The position numbers and the translations under genes are program-made. DNA of 64,000 nt from Thalia democratica (Eukaryota), in contig OZ241829.1 in the NCBI GenBank assembly GCA_965202585.1, positions 23,808,001 to 23,872,000 on the forward strand, in the 5' to 3' direction. Positions 12,001-23,374 of this stretch are shown here, piece after piece. The notes under the pieces were generated by a model, which had not been told where the DNA came from, searched no databases, and saw only the letters and a program-made list of their open reading frames with translations. Every line of letters starts with the position of its first letter. The first letter of the stretch is position 1.

Positions 12001-15000
12001 ACCAAGTACGAAATTATTGTAACATTTGAACGAGCTTGTTTAGTTTGGATCTCTTTTATCAAATTTGGTAGATACTTTGAAACTTTATAAACACAGTTAT
12101 GGAAGTTTCTACCTCAGGTTGTAAAATACATAGACAGTTAATAAAAAAAAGTTCTGTATAGAAAATATAATCATTAAGATTTAATAAAACATCAGGAATA
12201 GTTAATTAAGATAAAGTTTTCCTAATTAGGTTATTTTCGTATTTACTTTTTTGGGTACCTATCGAATTTTATTGATAAATATTTTACCTAGATTTTTTAT
12301 TTTTTAATTTCAGTCGAAAATGTTGTCCTCCGACGCAAAACTGTCGAATAAATAATATAAAACAAATAAATTTTAATAAGTATATACCAACTTTAAATTG
12401 CTGTTTTTCTATTTTACCTTTTAAATTAATTAAAGATTGTAAGTTACTTTATTGATTTTGTATGTCTGCTCGGGGGGCCCGGTAGCCCCGATGGAACAGA
12501 TACTGCCTTTGGGTCACTTGAGATCATCTTAATATACTCTTACAAGATAACAATATTAGAGTATTAGACAATATTAGAATATCAAATATTAGAATATGAA
12601 TATTATTAATGGATATCAATAACAATAACAAATAATAATAATAATAATAATATAAATTTTTAATAGAATCTAATAATTGTAAATAATTATTTATAAATAC
12701 AGAAAACTTAAACTACCACTAACATACTAATTAAATCACTAATACATTATAAACAACTATGAAATCAATTTTATTTAACAAATTAGAAATGTAAACAAAT
12801 CAGGAGAAAATTACAGCATTTACAAGTTCAATAGCAGTCAACAAAATGTTATACTAAGTTCTCTGAAGCCCTATCATGTCACTCTCCAAACATAAAACCT
12901 GTCTTCAAAAACAAAAAATTCTATTAATTATTACGTCATATGTTTTGATTTTAGCATTCTTAGAAATATATAACTATTTTGTACTTTTTCGAATTTGAAT
13001 TCCAATACAACGTTACATGTTAATTCGAACAACGAAAACATCGGCGAAAGTCTACAGAGCCTAAGCCTGGACTGTCGTATGCCGTAAGACAAGCTCAAGT
13101 TTAACATAAGCTTTGATCATACCAATTCGATCATCACACCACAAGCCTTCGGTAGACTGAGACCGGTTTCGTCCTTATTAGGACTCATCAGTCTGATGAC
13201 TGCAAGCTTTTTCATTGTGACTGACTGATGAGTTTTAATAAGGACGAAACCGGTTTCAGTCTACCATATAACAATGTAGTCGTGAATTTAGCATTAACTT
13301 TTACTCACAACTTAATTTATATCATACTTGTAATTTTAATGATTTTTTTCTCGTTATTTGTGTAGTACAAACTTTTTCAGTTAAAAATAAGTAGCGGCCC
13401 GAATAAATTTGCTCAGTAGTATAAGTTGCAGTTCCGATAACTCCGGCACTGCTCTTTCGGGTAAACTAAAGTTTAATTGCATACTATTTCAAAAAGATTG
13501 ACGCTAATTTTTCACAGTAAAATAGAAAACAGCCTAGAAGATTTCATCAGGGAGTGCTGGACCGGTATAAGAGACTCAGAAACCGAAGGAGTCTTCAAGT
13601 TTGTGTCAGACAACTCAATAGCGTACGAGGCAAATAAAGATTCGAGAATTAAGGATTACGGTGAGACGCCGACAACAGAAGAAGATGTGAAGTATACGTG
13701 GTCATCTGGTGAGCCCAACCACGCTATTCCTCCTGAAGACTACGTAACCCTCTCAAAACAACAAAAGTTTATCGACCAAACCTCTACGTTGATGTTCTCT
13801 GTGCTCTGTGAAATACCAACACCGGAATGTCATGAAAGTACTAATTTTGTTATTTACATAATAAAACTAAATTTCTTTTTTTGTATGTGTAGAATTTTTT
13901 TAACACTTGATATGTTTGTATTAATTTTTGTTTCTGTATGTAAAACAATTGATAAAAAATAGATGTAAGATGTCCAGCAATACCTAATGCATCTTACAAT
14001 TTCGAAGAGAGATATTTAGGAGATCAACTTGTACGGGGCGTCCAATTAAATTACGTTTGTAATGAAGGATTTGTACGTATTTCTGAAAGCAACTCTACTA
14101 CATGCACTGTAGATGGGTGGTCAGAAAACGCAGAATGCGTTAAAAGTAAGCATAAAACAATAAACAAAAAATATTTGAACTAAAACTATTGCTTTATTAG
14201 AGTTTTTTGTAAAAGTTTTAAGCGTTTTTAATTCGTATAATCTATAGCCTATAGATAAACACAAGCATGTTTCAACACTTTTTAAATTGTGTTAAAACTT
14301 TTTGCTTTTAAACAACAATTTTATTAAGTTTGTCCTCCCCAACCAACCCCGGACAATTTCAATGTGAAAATCGTAGAACTAGACTTTACTGACGACACCA
14401 TGACTAGATACGCTTGCGATGATTCAAATTACCAGTTTTTGTACTTTATTCATCTAAACATCACTAAGTGATGAGTATATTTCAAGTTAAAAATCATTAA
14501 TTAAGTTAAGGTTTTTAGTTTCACCAACATAAAAAGCATAACTACGAAATAAACCACATAAATATAACGACCAAATAAAAGCTTAAGTTGTATAAATTAA
14601 AACCTTCGTTACTAAAATTGTACCTTGACCAAAATGCTTAATAAGTTGGTTTCTTATTGAGTTATTTTTAACTAACAAACAACTCACAGGGAAATACGAG
14701 TTCAGAATAACGAATACAACGGGTACGTTTAACCAGGCTCGGGAGCAATGTATAGAAATGGGTGGAGACCTAATATTTGAAAACTTGGGACCCGGCGGGA
14801 AAATATATCACCCGTAAGTTGTATTTTAAATATATATATATATATATGTATATAAAACAAAACAGCATTTCGTTCGACAACTTGATCATGACTTGAATTA
14901 GTGTGAAAATACTTTTTTACGGTAAAAAATATTTCTTTTTTACCAGCTTAAAAAATCTCGATCAATTATGTGTGTTTCACTAACACATAATAAGAATATA

Positions 15001-15491
15001 ATAAACAAATTAAGTTTTGATTTAGTTAACAAAATAACAACAACAAAAATTTTTTGAGTAAAATCGGACGTACACAACTTTGCATATAAAAATAAACCAC
15101 TGACAACTGACATGCTTAATTTTTACTTGATCTCCTTTCCTGAAAAAAATCACAGTGGATTTGTTTTAACTGTATTAACGCGTAAATCTCAAAGTAAAAA
15201 ATAAACAGAGAAATCAGGGATTTGATCGAGGACAATCCAGCGTGGATCGGCCTGACCGACGAAGTAGTTGAGGGTGAGTGGCGAAAACCGGGATCTAATG
15301 AGGTTTTCGACACTAGAAATGCTGGAAACTTGTTCTCGTGGGCCCCAGATGAGCCAAATAACGGTCAAAACAATAAACAGCACTGTGTATATGTCGGTTG
15401 GATGGGCCCATTTAATATGGACGACCACGAATGCTCGTTAGAAGCACACATATTTTTTGGTCTTTGCGAGATAAAACTGCCCGAAGATTAA
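1..15491 (+). CDS. Copy A: multi-exon gene (5'-partial) for an ILEI/PANDER-like + CCP/sushi + C-type lectin mosaic protein; visible part ILEI(part)-CCP-CCP-CCP-CTL-CCP-CTL, about 640 aa
   Basis: AG/GT-bounded exons join in phase without stops: 1-6, 220-394, 896-1021, 1239-1421, 3581-3775, 4541-4744, 11552-11675, 13518-13837, 13963-14145, 14690-14813, 15209-15491 (TAA). Exon lengths match copy B except the last. No transcript evidence. Confidence 0.85.
220..394 (+). CDS. Copy A exon, ILEI/PANDER-like domain middle
   Basis: [24 protein letters not shown]...IKTTLRKIG; ttttcag acceptor, gcag|gtttca donor; phase 0 to 1. Confidence 0.8.
896..1021 (+). CDS. Copy A exon, ILEI/PANDER-like domain end
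   Basis: [25 protein letters not shown]; SWA..G matches the ILEI SWAFIG motif; aacag acceptor, gttagt donor. Confidence 0.8.
1239..1421 (+). CDS. Copy A exon, CCP/sushi domain
   Basis: CSKPSS...FTCNK...[14 protein letters not shown]: four Cys plus Trp; phase 1-1. Confidence 0.85.
3581..3775 (+). CDS. Copy A exon, CCP/sushi domain
   Basis: CPDVPS...FMCEVGF...[16 protein letters not shown]; phase 1-1. Confidence 0.85.
4541..4744 (+). CDS. Copy A exon, CCP/sushi domain
   Basis: CPAAIP...YVCKSNY...[17 protein letters not shown]; phase 1-1. Confidence 0.85.
4955..9305 (-). mobile_element. Non-autonomous LTR retroelement (4351 bp), gag-like ORF fused to a cold-shock domain, no pol
   Basis: Direct terminal repeats 4955-5459 and 8724-9305, identical over about 453 bp; element-sense ends TGTAA...TTAAA; 4-bp TSD GTGC (4951-4954, 9306-9309); empty site with a single GTGC in copy B near 41070; purine tract AAAAAGAAACAA before the 3' LTR. 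Confidence 0.85.
6815..8650 (-). CDS. 611-aa Gag-like protein with a Y-box-type cold-shock domain (CSD at about 7270-7535)
   Basis: Intronless open ORF between LTRs. The [42 protein letters not shown]...EAANVTGP...VQGSKYA matches the YB-1 family including Y-box-specific segments. The N-terminal coiled coil and helical region resemble Gypsy-type capsid (inference, by eye). Confidence 0.85.
   Translation of the reverse strand: MHTNNNDDINLNNSHQAEMMNDNAEFYPSNSIQQQFRKSSEVKQLTNEEELRVLQMQIKKLNNRLKQSRSPHYERAMLEKREPFYDDYEKSNQNNLNIFSDTFKAQRLSKKFKRLDFVRNPRDIISFFKEEMLNENISSNTEKYKFLTGFWPREELSDYYKMTERGERNYSSLRNFFINRDNQLAEILDKIPIWNECTNFNKIFATAVSWAKCREQDRIKFFLAYLMPFSIKDKIREHFDESLELFKRKGQAIWNAYKENALVPKQVNYNRLQQYEQSQHRSKINYHKRVRPNYQQNFHFRDNGINHNYNYRQHNQDRDSFKPRKSYNGNSSNNVNIAHCLSCHQHLPTKTSNTSKEFQTTKEKAQVTKNTKAIRVTGQVVWFNVRKGYGFIHRDDQNSDVFVHYTAIAKNNPNKFLRSLAQGEKVQFDIVVGKNNMSEAANVTGPNGKTVQGSKYAVDKNSNYNQKLQQNIFNANHHSRNLQQQKIKASRAYKKAFAFKAKQGKLIKEKHQKQQQKNISYNKKYDSKPKYQVPTVQLKSYKQDSGYYNSSKTKSQTSVSSNILAKENNNLAVLNSFDKKEIITQNKKESELLIAGLKLFTFILKHFEDKI
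10045..10913. mobile_element. MITE with CAGGGTTG-type TIRs, AGTCAGGAA subterminal repeats, TAAATA TSD
   Basis: CAGGGTTGTCAC...TGGCAACTATG; TAAATA on both sides; absent from copy B, which has a single TAAATA near 40335. Confidence 0.75.
11552..11675 (+). CDS. Copy A exon, C-type lectin domain 1, N-terminal half
   Basis: [29 protein letters not shown]; tttcag acceptor, gtaag donor; phase 1-2. Confidence 0.8.
12455..12910 (-). repeat. Probable 3' end of a non-LTR retroelement
   Basis: GC-richer tail ending at an AATAAA-rich tract, (AAT)n inside; shared with copy B (about 38340-38800). No recognisable ORF, so class assignment is weak. Confidence 0.3.
13155..13197 (-). ncRNA. Minimal type I hammerhead ribozyme, stem I partly mismatched
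   Basis: CUGAUGA-GUCC uaauaa GGAC-GAAA-CCGG-UC-UCAGUC; the 5' stem I strand is AUCAGA instead of GACUGA. Confidence 0.7.
13219..13261 (+). ncRNA. Minimal type I hammerhead ribozyme
   Basis: GACUGA CUGAUGA GUUU uaauaa GGAC GAAA CCGG UU UCAGUC: 6-bp stem I, stem II with G.U pairs, palindromic ACCGGU stem III. Confidence 0.8.
13518..13837 (+). CDS. Copy A exon, C-type lectin domain 1, C-terminal half
   Basis: CWTGIRD...EGVFKF...WSSGEPN...LCE; phase 2-1. Confidence 0.85.
13963..14145 (+). CDS. Copy A exon, CCP/sushi domain
   Basis: RCPAIPNA...YVCNEGF...[13 protein letters not shown]; gtaag donor; phase 1-1. Confidence 0.85.
14329..14471 (+). pseudogene. Half-CCP exon ending in TGA TGA (pseudoexon or alternative last exon)
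   Basis: attaag|tt tgt cct acceptor; [11 protein letters not shown]...RYACDD has only 2 of 4 CCP Cys, then stop; the same 143-nt structure is in copy B at 36806-36948. Confidence 0.55.
14690..14813 (+). CDS. Copy A exon, terminal C-type lectin, N-terminal half
   Basis: [27 protein letters not shown]; cacag acceptor, gtaag donor; phase 1-2. Confidence 0.8.
15209..15491 (+). CDS. Copy A last exon, terminal C-type lectin with EPN motif
   Basis: [14 protein letters not shown]...WAPDEPNN...HCV...MDDHEC...LCE, TAA stop. Confidence 0.9.
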
Positions 15492-15596
15492 AAAGAAATT
15501 TGAGCTGTGCGAAGTAGAACAGCGCTTGAAGGTGTTGTTGTTTTGTATTTATTTTATGAGTTCCTGTTTTTAAATTATTTTATTTTTCTTCGTTTT

Positions 15597-15602
15597 AATA
15601 AA
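15597..15602 (+). terminator. Candidate poly(A) signal of copy A
   Basis: AATAAA about 105 nt after the stop, conserved in copy B (35611-35616, minus); AATAAA is common in AT-rich DNA. Confidence 0.4.
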
Positions 15603-16319
15603 ACTTTGTACTTTTTTCATTTAGATTTTATAGCTCTGTATTTTTTTTTAGTTTTTAAAGTTTAGTTTAAACCTTGTTAGATATATATCATTAAAATGCT
15701 GTAGTAAAACATTTTTTCATCTTTAAATCACCTAATAAGTCATCGTAACACTGTAGAATATTTTAGTATAGTCTAAAATAATATATAAGGTTATTTATTG
15801 CATTTGTTTAAAGTTTAAAAATAAAAGCTATATGCATGTTTTTCTGCTGTACAGTGAAAATAAAACTTTATTTCACGTTATTGTTTCAGATATTTTGGTT
15901 GTTTTATCCCGTAAGATACACTTGCGAACAAACAGCTTTACTGTGCCTAAATATTTCCTTAAAAAAAGACTTTTTAACATAAGTCTGCTTGAAACAGTTA
16001 TCTCAGCTAACTCAGTAGGGAATACTTTATTTTATGTCAAATCATAAACATCTATAACTATGTTTTATTTTTTTTTTTACAATTCAAAATATTAATCTAA
16101 AGAGTAACTAGATAGAAAATGCTGCAATCTAGACTAAACTACTGTTATTGTAACCAAACAAATCAACTTTCGAACAAAAAAAGTTTCGAGTATTAAATGA
16201 CAAATACAGTGCTTATTCACTTATCCGGACACGTTGGGCAAGATTTTTCTGTAGACATTTCCGGATAACCAAAGTTCTAAATAAATACAAAAAATCAATT
16301 TTTTATTTAATAATAAAAA

Positions 16320-17030
16320 TAAAAACAAATTATACAGTAATCTTCCTTTATTCTACCAACATATGTTTCTGTGTGTCAACGAATCAACACACTTCAACTG
16401 GGTTCTGTAAAAAAATAATTACTGTAATGAGAGAATAGAAGCATAGAATAAAGTAGGTGTATACATGTTTTCATTAAAATAAGATATTTTCTACAGATAA
16501 TAGTTATTAATAGGTGAAATACTTTATATTAAATCCGACTGTTATAAAACTATATGATATTTGTAATTATTAAGTCTAAAATAAATAAGCTAAATTACAA
16601 AACATAATATAAAAAAACAACTCACGTTAATAGGAAAGATAACTAAATCAAAATTTACTGTTGTTAAATAACGAAAAAAATACATTCGTTACAACTAATA
16701 ATTACGTCACAATGTAAATAAGGTTATTTAAACTATTTAATTTGTATTGTAAACAACATTAATTTTGTTTTTATGTAATCTATTTTGAACAAAAATAAAA
16801 CATTAACCATTAGTTAGTAAATCAATAAAATTTAATAAAACTTAACGACGCTGAAGGCAATAAAAGTCACAGAAACTCGGTGTAACATGTATATTATATA
16901 TTGAATGTTAATAATGATTGAATCAAAGTTATATAGAATTAGGAAGCAGATTTAGTTCAAATGTAAAAATCAAAAAGTGAAAAAATTAAACTTTAAGGAA
17001 AAACAAAACACAAAAAACATAATTATAAAC
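16320..17030. repeat. Dispersed AT-rich repeat, direct copy at about 42725-43440
   Basis: Collinear similarity starting at aaaaacaaatt(a/g)tacagtaatcttcctttatt; boundaries approximate. Confidence 0.7.
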
Positions 17031-17513
17031 ATAAACTATAATTACTGAGAGTTTAATATTAAAAGTTTAAAGAAAAAGCTAAAAGTTATCTTTTTAATAG
17101 CATTGCTTAACATTTTTAACTTGACTTACTTTACATGCAAATGTTTTTTATAACTAAACTATTTTTTTAACAAAAATGGAACGTAATCTTTAGAAGTATA
17201 GTAGAGTCATAATAATGAACAAAATTGTAGAATTTATAAAATCTATTAAAAATTTTTACATGATGAAATCTTAAACATTTGTACCATACAAAAATATTAG
17301 TGTTTAATATTGAAATTTTTTTGAATCTTCTTCTGACCAAAACTGTTCGGATAAAAAAACTATCACTGTACTAGTAACTGATTTACCAAAAGTAAATAGA
17401 CGAGCAGCAATGATCACTAATGACGTTAATAATCAATATTTGATAGACAATTTTTAAGTTCATCCGGGAACTTTCTAATATGACTTTTATTTTTTAAACA
17501 TTATTACTGATTT

Positions 17514-20252
17514 AAAAAAAAGGTTATGGTTGATGTTTTGCCAAATGTGTTTAGGTAAGCAATAATTTAATAAAACAAATTTTATGTATAGTGAAAGAGC
17601 TTAATTGTTTTAAAGTTAAAACACATGCCAAAATACATCTTGAAATAAACTAATTTTTGTAGACTTTACCAATTAAGAGATTTAATATATGTATTAAGCT
17701 CAAAAGATACAATTTATAGTATATTTATTACTGTACATTTAGAATGTAGTAGATTCTTAATTTTTATTTCTAATTTAATATACTTTAGTCTCTTTTAAAA
17801 AACACTTATTTCGCTAGTTAGTTCTCCGCTATTTTTTTTAATTCTTAAATAAAAATTAAAGCTTAATTTTAAACCAATTTACGGTAAATTTTTTATTGTG
17901 CACAGATTTTTATTTGTAATTTACCGCGTTAAAATTGTCCTGGAGAAGAGTTAAAAGGTATCCGTGGTGTGCAACTTTGATAACCGAAAGGTTCTTTGTT
18001 CACCAGGTCCTAGGACCAAATATTTTGTCTTTCAATAAACTAGATAGCTGTCTGAGAAAGTAATGTTATGTTTAATTCTCAAAAGAATTTATACAAATTT
18101 CAAGTATTTAAACAAATAGTGTAAAACTGGTTTTAATATTGTTGACTTATATTAGACCTAAAAAATATATACAATTTAATAATATTACCCTAGTCCTGAT
18201 AAGTTTGCTAATTTTAAGGAAAGTCTTCATAAAAGTGTAAGTGCTGTATAACACATAAAAAAGCAGTTGAATACCATATGAAATATATTCTAGAAGTTAT
18301 TCGCTAATAATATTATTATAACACATACTTCAAAAAGAATCAAAAAATAAAACTTGTATATCGTTGAGTACGACTATCTTACTTAAAGAATATTGTTAAA
18401 CCAAGAGGTACTACAATTTATTTTATGTTTATGGTGTTCATTATAATCTGTTTTTTTTTTTTTCTGAAAGTCTTTGATGAATAGTTGAACAACTATAAGG
18501 GTCTTAGTTTGTTTTTTTTTAACGGTAGAAAAAAAAATAAAAAGTTAAGTATATTTTACTTTAACATCTTAAACTTTTGAAACTCTGGTACACACTAAAT
18601 ACTGTTTTTAAAAGTCTAGAATCAAGTCAAATTTGAACAAAAATGTTAAGTTAACTCTAACTCTGTTTAAGTTCTTTATAAACTTAACACTTTATTCAAG
18701 TTTAAACCGTATGTCCTTTATGTATTTTATATAACAGATGACGGGCGTTTATTTCAATAGTAAAAACTATTATTTCTACTTTAAATAAATCTGCTTTAAT
18801 TACGTAAACTTTATAAAAAACTATTTTTAAGTATTAATTTGTTACGAACTTAAAAAGAAATAAAACTTTGTTATTAAATTTCAATAAACATTATTATTTT
18901 TTTAATTGTTTCTAATTTAAAGTAGTTTTAAAGAAATTAAGTATGGCTTAGTTTTGTGAAATTTAAAATCAAAAACTTTTATAGGGATAAGTTTTTTATT
19001 TCCGTTAAAGCTAACTTTTATAACTTTTAATAAAACTTCATATTTTTTTTTATAAAATATAAATAGTGTTTTAGTAAAAATAATAAAACATCTGCCTAAA
19101 GTAATTTTGAACAAAAATGAAAATTATCTGCTCAAGAACAGAAAAAAGTACTTAAAACAAGTAAAAAGTATAAACTGATAAGAACTAGTCAAAACTTAAG
19201 GGACTTTTATAGAGCGTACTGGAAAAGCGTACAAGTTTCGTTAAAACGTGTTTTTTCTTGCGTTAAAAAAAAAACTAAGACCCTTATAGCTGTTCAATTA
19301 TTCACTAAAGACCTTCACAAATTAACGAGTTTTCAATAAACATCCTAAACATAAAATAAGTTGTAGTACAACTTGGTTTAACAACATGTTTTAAGTAAGT
19401 TAGTCATATTGAATGTTATTTCAAGTTCAAGTTTTATTTTTTGCTTCTTTTTGAAGTGTTAGCGAATAATTTTTAGAATATATTTCATATGATATTATGT
19501 GTTATACAGCACTTACATTCTTATGATGACTTTCCTTAAAATTATCAAACTTATCAGGACTAGGGTAATATTATTAAATTGTAGATATTTTTTAGGTCTA
19601 ATATAAGTCAACAATATTAAAACCAGTTTTACACTATTTGTTTAAATACTTGAAATTTGTATAAATTCTTTTAAGAATTAAACATAACATTACTTTCTCA
19701 GACAGCTATCTAGTTTATTGAACGACAAAATATTTGGTCCTAGGACCTGGTGAACAAAGAACCTTTCGGTTATCAAAGTTGCACAACATGGATACCTTTT
19801 AACTCTTGTTAAGGACAACCTTAAAATCTTAACGCGGTAAATTACATTAAAACTTCTATGGACACTAAAAAATTTACCGTAAATTGAATTAATATTAAGC
19901 TTACTAAGCTTTATTTTTTATTTAAGAATTAAAAAAATAGCGAAGAACTAACTAGCGAAATAAGTGTTTTTAAAAGAGACTAAAGTATGTTAAACTAAAA
20001 AAAAATTAAGAATTTACTGCATTCTAAATGTACAGTAATAAATATACTATAAACTGTATCTTTTGAGCTTAATATATATTAAATCTCTTAATTGGTAAAG
20101 TCTACAAAAATTAGTTTATTTCAAGATGTATTTTGGCATGTGACTAAAAAATTTAAAAGAGTTAAATTCTTTCACTATACAAAAATTTTGTTTTATTAAA
20201 TTATTGCTTACTTAAACACATTTGGCAAAAAATTAATCATAACCTTTTTTTT
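17514..20252. repeat. Inverted repeat with arms of about 1 kb (17514-18537 / 19252-20252), spacer about 700 bp
   Basis: Arms align reverse-complementarily along their length (for example 17990-18030 vs 19730-19770); same family at 26009-26125 and 33350-34620. Confidence 0.8.
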
Positions 20253-20331
20253 AGCACATTAAAAATCAGATTTCAAAATTTAACAACAAAATGAATACTA
20301 ATGTTATGTTAAAACAGCCTGTTATTTACAA

Positions 20332-20527
20332 CAGTGCTTCTGAACCTTTTTCTAGTGGCGGAACCCTTTTCCAAAGTTCAACTTTTCCGCGGAACCCCTA
20401 ATTTTAATTTAACATAAAATGTTTAATTAAATAAATATTCTTTTTTTAATTTCGAAAGGCTACGCGGAACCCCTGAGGGGCGTCGCGGAACCCTAGGGTT
20501 CCGCGGAACCCCATTTCAGAAGCACTG
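20332..20527. mobile_element. hAT-type MITE (196 bp)
   Basis: TIR CAGTGCTTCTGAA...TTCAGAAGCACTG, 8-bp TSD ATTTACAA (20324-20331, 20528-20535), internal CGCGGAACCC repeats. Confidence 0.85.
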
Positions 20528-23374
20528 ATTTACAACATTATGAAAATAGTTATGGTTTAATTTAAAGCATGGTCTACATTAATTGAAGCTTTATCACTTT
20601 ATACCTTAAAATACATTAAATCGATTCGTCGAGTATAACTCGGTAACCGAAAGGTTTTTTTTAGACCTAGTCCTTAGACTAAACTTTTTGAGCGCTTTTT
20701 TTGCCGTTAAAACAAAAACTCTTATAAGCTTTGGAACTCTTTTTTATTTTATTTAAGTAATACCGTAAAAAGCTCAAAAACTTTAGTTGTGAATAAATCT
20801 ATTTATGTAAAGTAAAGTAAATAAACAATATTTACAAAATGAAGAAAATAAACACTTAGTTTTTTATATAAATTACTTACAAAAAAACTAATACACAAAA
20901 ACAAATAACTATAAAAAAATGAACCGAATTTTTAAAGCTTAAATGTTTATTTAATTCACTAATTATTCAATAAACAATCCTAATAGTTTTTTAATCAAAA
21001 ATTTAATTATTGTATAGAATTTTAATGTAATAATTATATATGTTTATACCTTTTCAGATTGGATGAACTTTGAAATTTATACAAAAAGTATGGAAAGCTT
21101 CAGATATTTCGTTTAATTTAAAAAAAAGTAGTTATAATAGTTTTATTATGGTTTTATAAAATAATGGTAACACACTAAACTCTTACAAACTGAATAACAT
21201 TTGAACAAACATTAATTATTTTTAGAAGCAAATTTTCTGTGCATTTTTCAAAACTGACTTGTTTCATACTAGTTTGGCTTGTCAGAAAGCAGCATACTGT
21301 ACTTACATGTAAATTTACTCTTTAACACAATATTTTGCAACTAAATTAGTTTTTATTTGTATATCAATATGTTATTTCGATACGATTTTACTTTATCATT
21401 AAATTAAGTCATAGCTTCAGTAAAGACTTTTTAAAATAATATTTGTCCGCGATTTGCTATTTCTAGTAAAAAAAGCTGGTTAATTAAAAAAGCTGCCAAC
21501 CCCTACAAATACCAGTGTTGTTTAATAAGACCACAAGAATATATCAGATGAACTATTAAGATTTAAAATTAATTTAATTTTACTTGCTAACAATATTGTG
21601 CAAGTTTTGTTTATGTCCTGGAAACTGCTGCTGGAAACAAAATAAAATAATTAGTCTTTGAAGTTTCAGTTGTTATGTAACTGCTACAGACATATTTAAC
21701 ATTTTATCTTTAGGGTGTAGCTCTCTTTTTGATGATTTTGAAAAAAATTTCACTTAAAACTTTTACCCCTTTAAATAATTTCCAAAAATGCCTTAGTTGA
21801 AAAGTACATACTTTACTGGTTGGCAAGTTACTCAAAAAAAATTCTCGAATTTATTTTAGAAGTTCAGAAGGTTTCATACATTTCTAACCGACATACTGGC
21901 AAAAAAAAACACTTATTGAAAAAAAAATACAACTTAATGGTCTACTGAGAAAAAAAAAATTAGTTTATTTTTAGAAGTTCAGAAACTTTCTAGCACCTGA
22001 ACTGGTAAAAAATGAAGTTTATAAATTTAACGCATTTAAAGAGACAAAAACTGACATTGTTTAAAAAATTAACAGAATAATAAAAGAGATTTTGCCTGAC
22101 GGGAGTGCAGGAGTCTGGAAAAACTAACATATGTAAAAAAAGACATGCAAGAAAAAAGCAAAATATTTGTATATGAATTTGAAAAAATTGCACAGTTTTT
22201 TGATTTAACAACTAATATATTTTTCTCTGTGTTTTACAAGTTAAAAGTAATATCCTAATTGAGTTAAAGAAAAGTAATGTGTAAGTTGTGTAAGTTGTGT
22301 AAGTTGGGTACAGCAAACTTGCTTCGCTAGGATCTGTATTAACAAACGACTAGCTTGTACTTTTGGTTATTTATTTGTATTAGATATATATACTGAGATT
22401 TTATTTAGTTATAAATTAAAAAAAAATATCTGACAGAAAATATTTTAAATCAACTTATTAACCTAAATTTAACTTCAAAAAAAAATCAATTTATCTTTAT
22501 ACGTTTTTCATATATAAGTCTGAATAAATAAACTAAAAGCTTATTTTGAAAGACAATATTGATCGCAGGAAGCTAAATCAAACTAAAATTTTTTAGACTA
22601 TAAAGAAACATCTTAATATTTAAAAAGTAGTATCACAAAAAAAATATTATCAAAAATAAAACACAAAAAATTCAATTAACATTCTATTTAATTCACCTAC
22701 CCAAATAAACTAGGGGTTTCTGCTCTTGTTGGTAAAACTTTTGCTCATCGGTGTTTTGCTCTCTTCTTCCATCTCATACATGCTGCGCACTTTCTTCGTG
22801 GCAATATTCGAGTTTGCCTGACACAAAAGCCTGGAAAGATCAAAGGCCAAGTCGATCTGTTTCAATTGAGTAAAGTTGATTTTTCAAAAACAGTCTTGTT
22901 TAATAATTAGTATGAACACAGAGGTTGTGACCATTGTAAACTCAAGTTTGATTAATTTAAAGCTATGAATTGCCATTCTTTCTAATAGAACTACTGTGAC
23001 ATACTTTCCTCTTTTTTTGTGATAGTCAAAAAATCGAAAACTAAAACTGACTTAAACTACTTTAAACTGAATCCTTTACATTTTTTCATCGCATTACACT
23101 TTTTGTTGTTTTTCGATTGAGTTTTAATGATTATTTTCGAATAGTAATTCTAAAATAAGTTTGCTTGATATAATAATTACTAAACTCACTACCAGTGGTA
23201 ACATTCCAACTTGAGCAACCCAACGGTTAAAACAGAATGTATTCATATTTGGTGTTAATTATATTTATCCGTTATTCGCCGCACCTTCACGATTCAAAAG
23301 ACCAAAACAACGATACGTACTCAGAATTCTTCGAATTCAACGGAATTAGAAGACTGAGCGACTTACAAGTGACG

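Larger units (their letters stand above)
13030..13265. mobile_element. Non-coding Penelope-type pLTR palindrome carrying two hammerheads
   Basis: Inverted arms about 13151-13193 and 13222-13265; same family at 31620-31915 and 37990-38230. Confidence 0.65.

Noticed and set aside
15151-15157. CACAGTG heptamer upstream of the variable CTL exon, suggesting RAG-type rearrangement
   Set aside because: No GCCATTGAC or nonamer block at 12 or 22-23 nt, not conserved in copy B (CACAGCG), and one or two chance hits are expected in this much sequence.
17030-22300. Short ORF-track hits in AT-rich spacer and intron DNA (for example 18917-19114, 21990-22211; also 10558-10788, 34383-34565, 43820-44044, 53860-54087)
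   Set aside because: Phe/Leu/Lys/Ile-biased chance ORFs with no domain pattern or splice support.
22720-23000. GC-richer stretch with coding-like minus-strand frames
   Set aside because: Several stops and no motif I can assign; probably an old TE remnant; needs tblastx.
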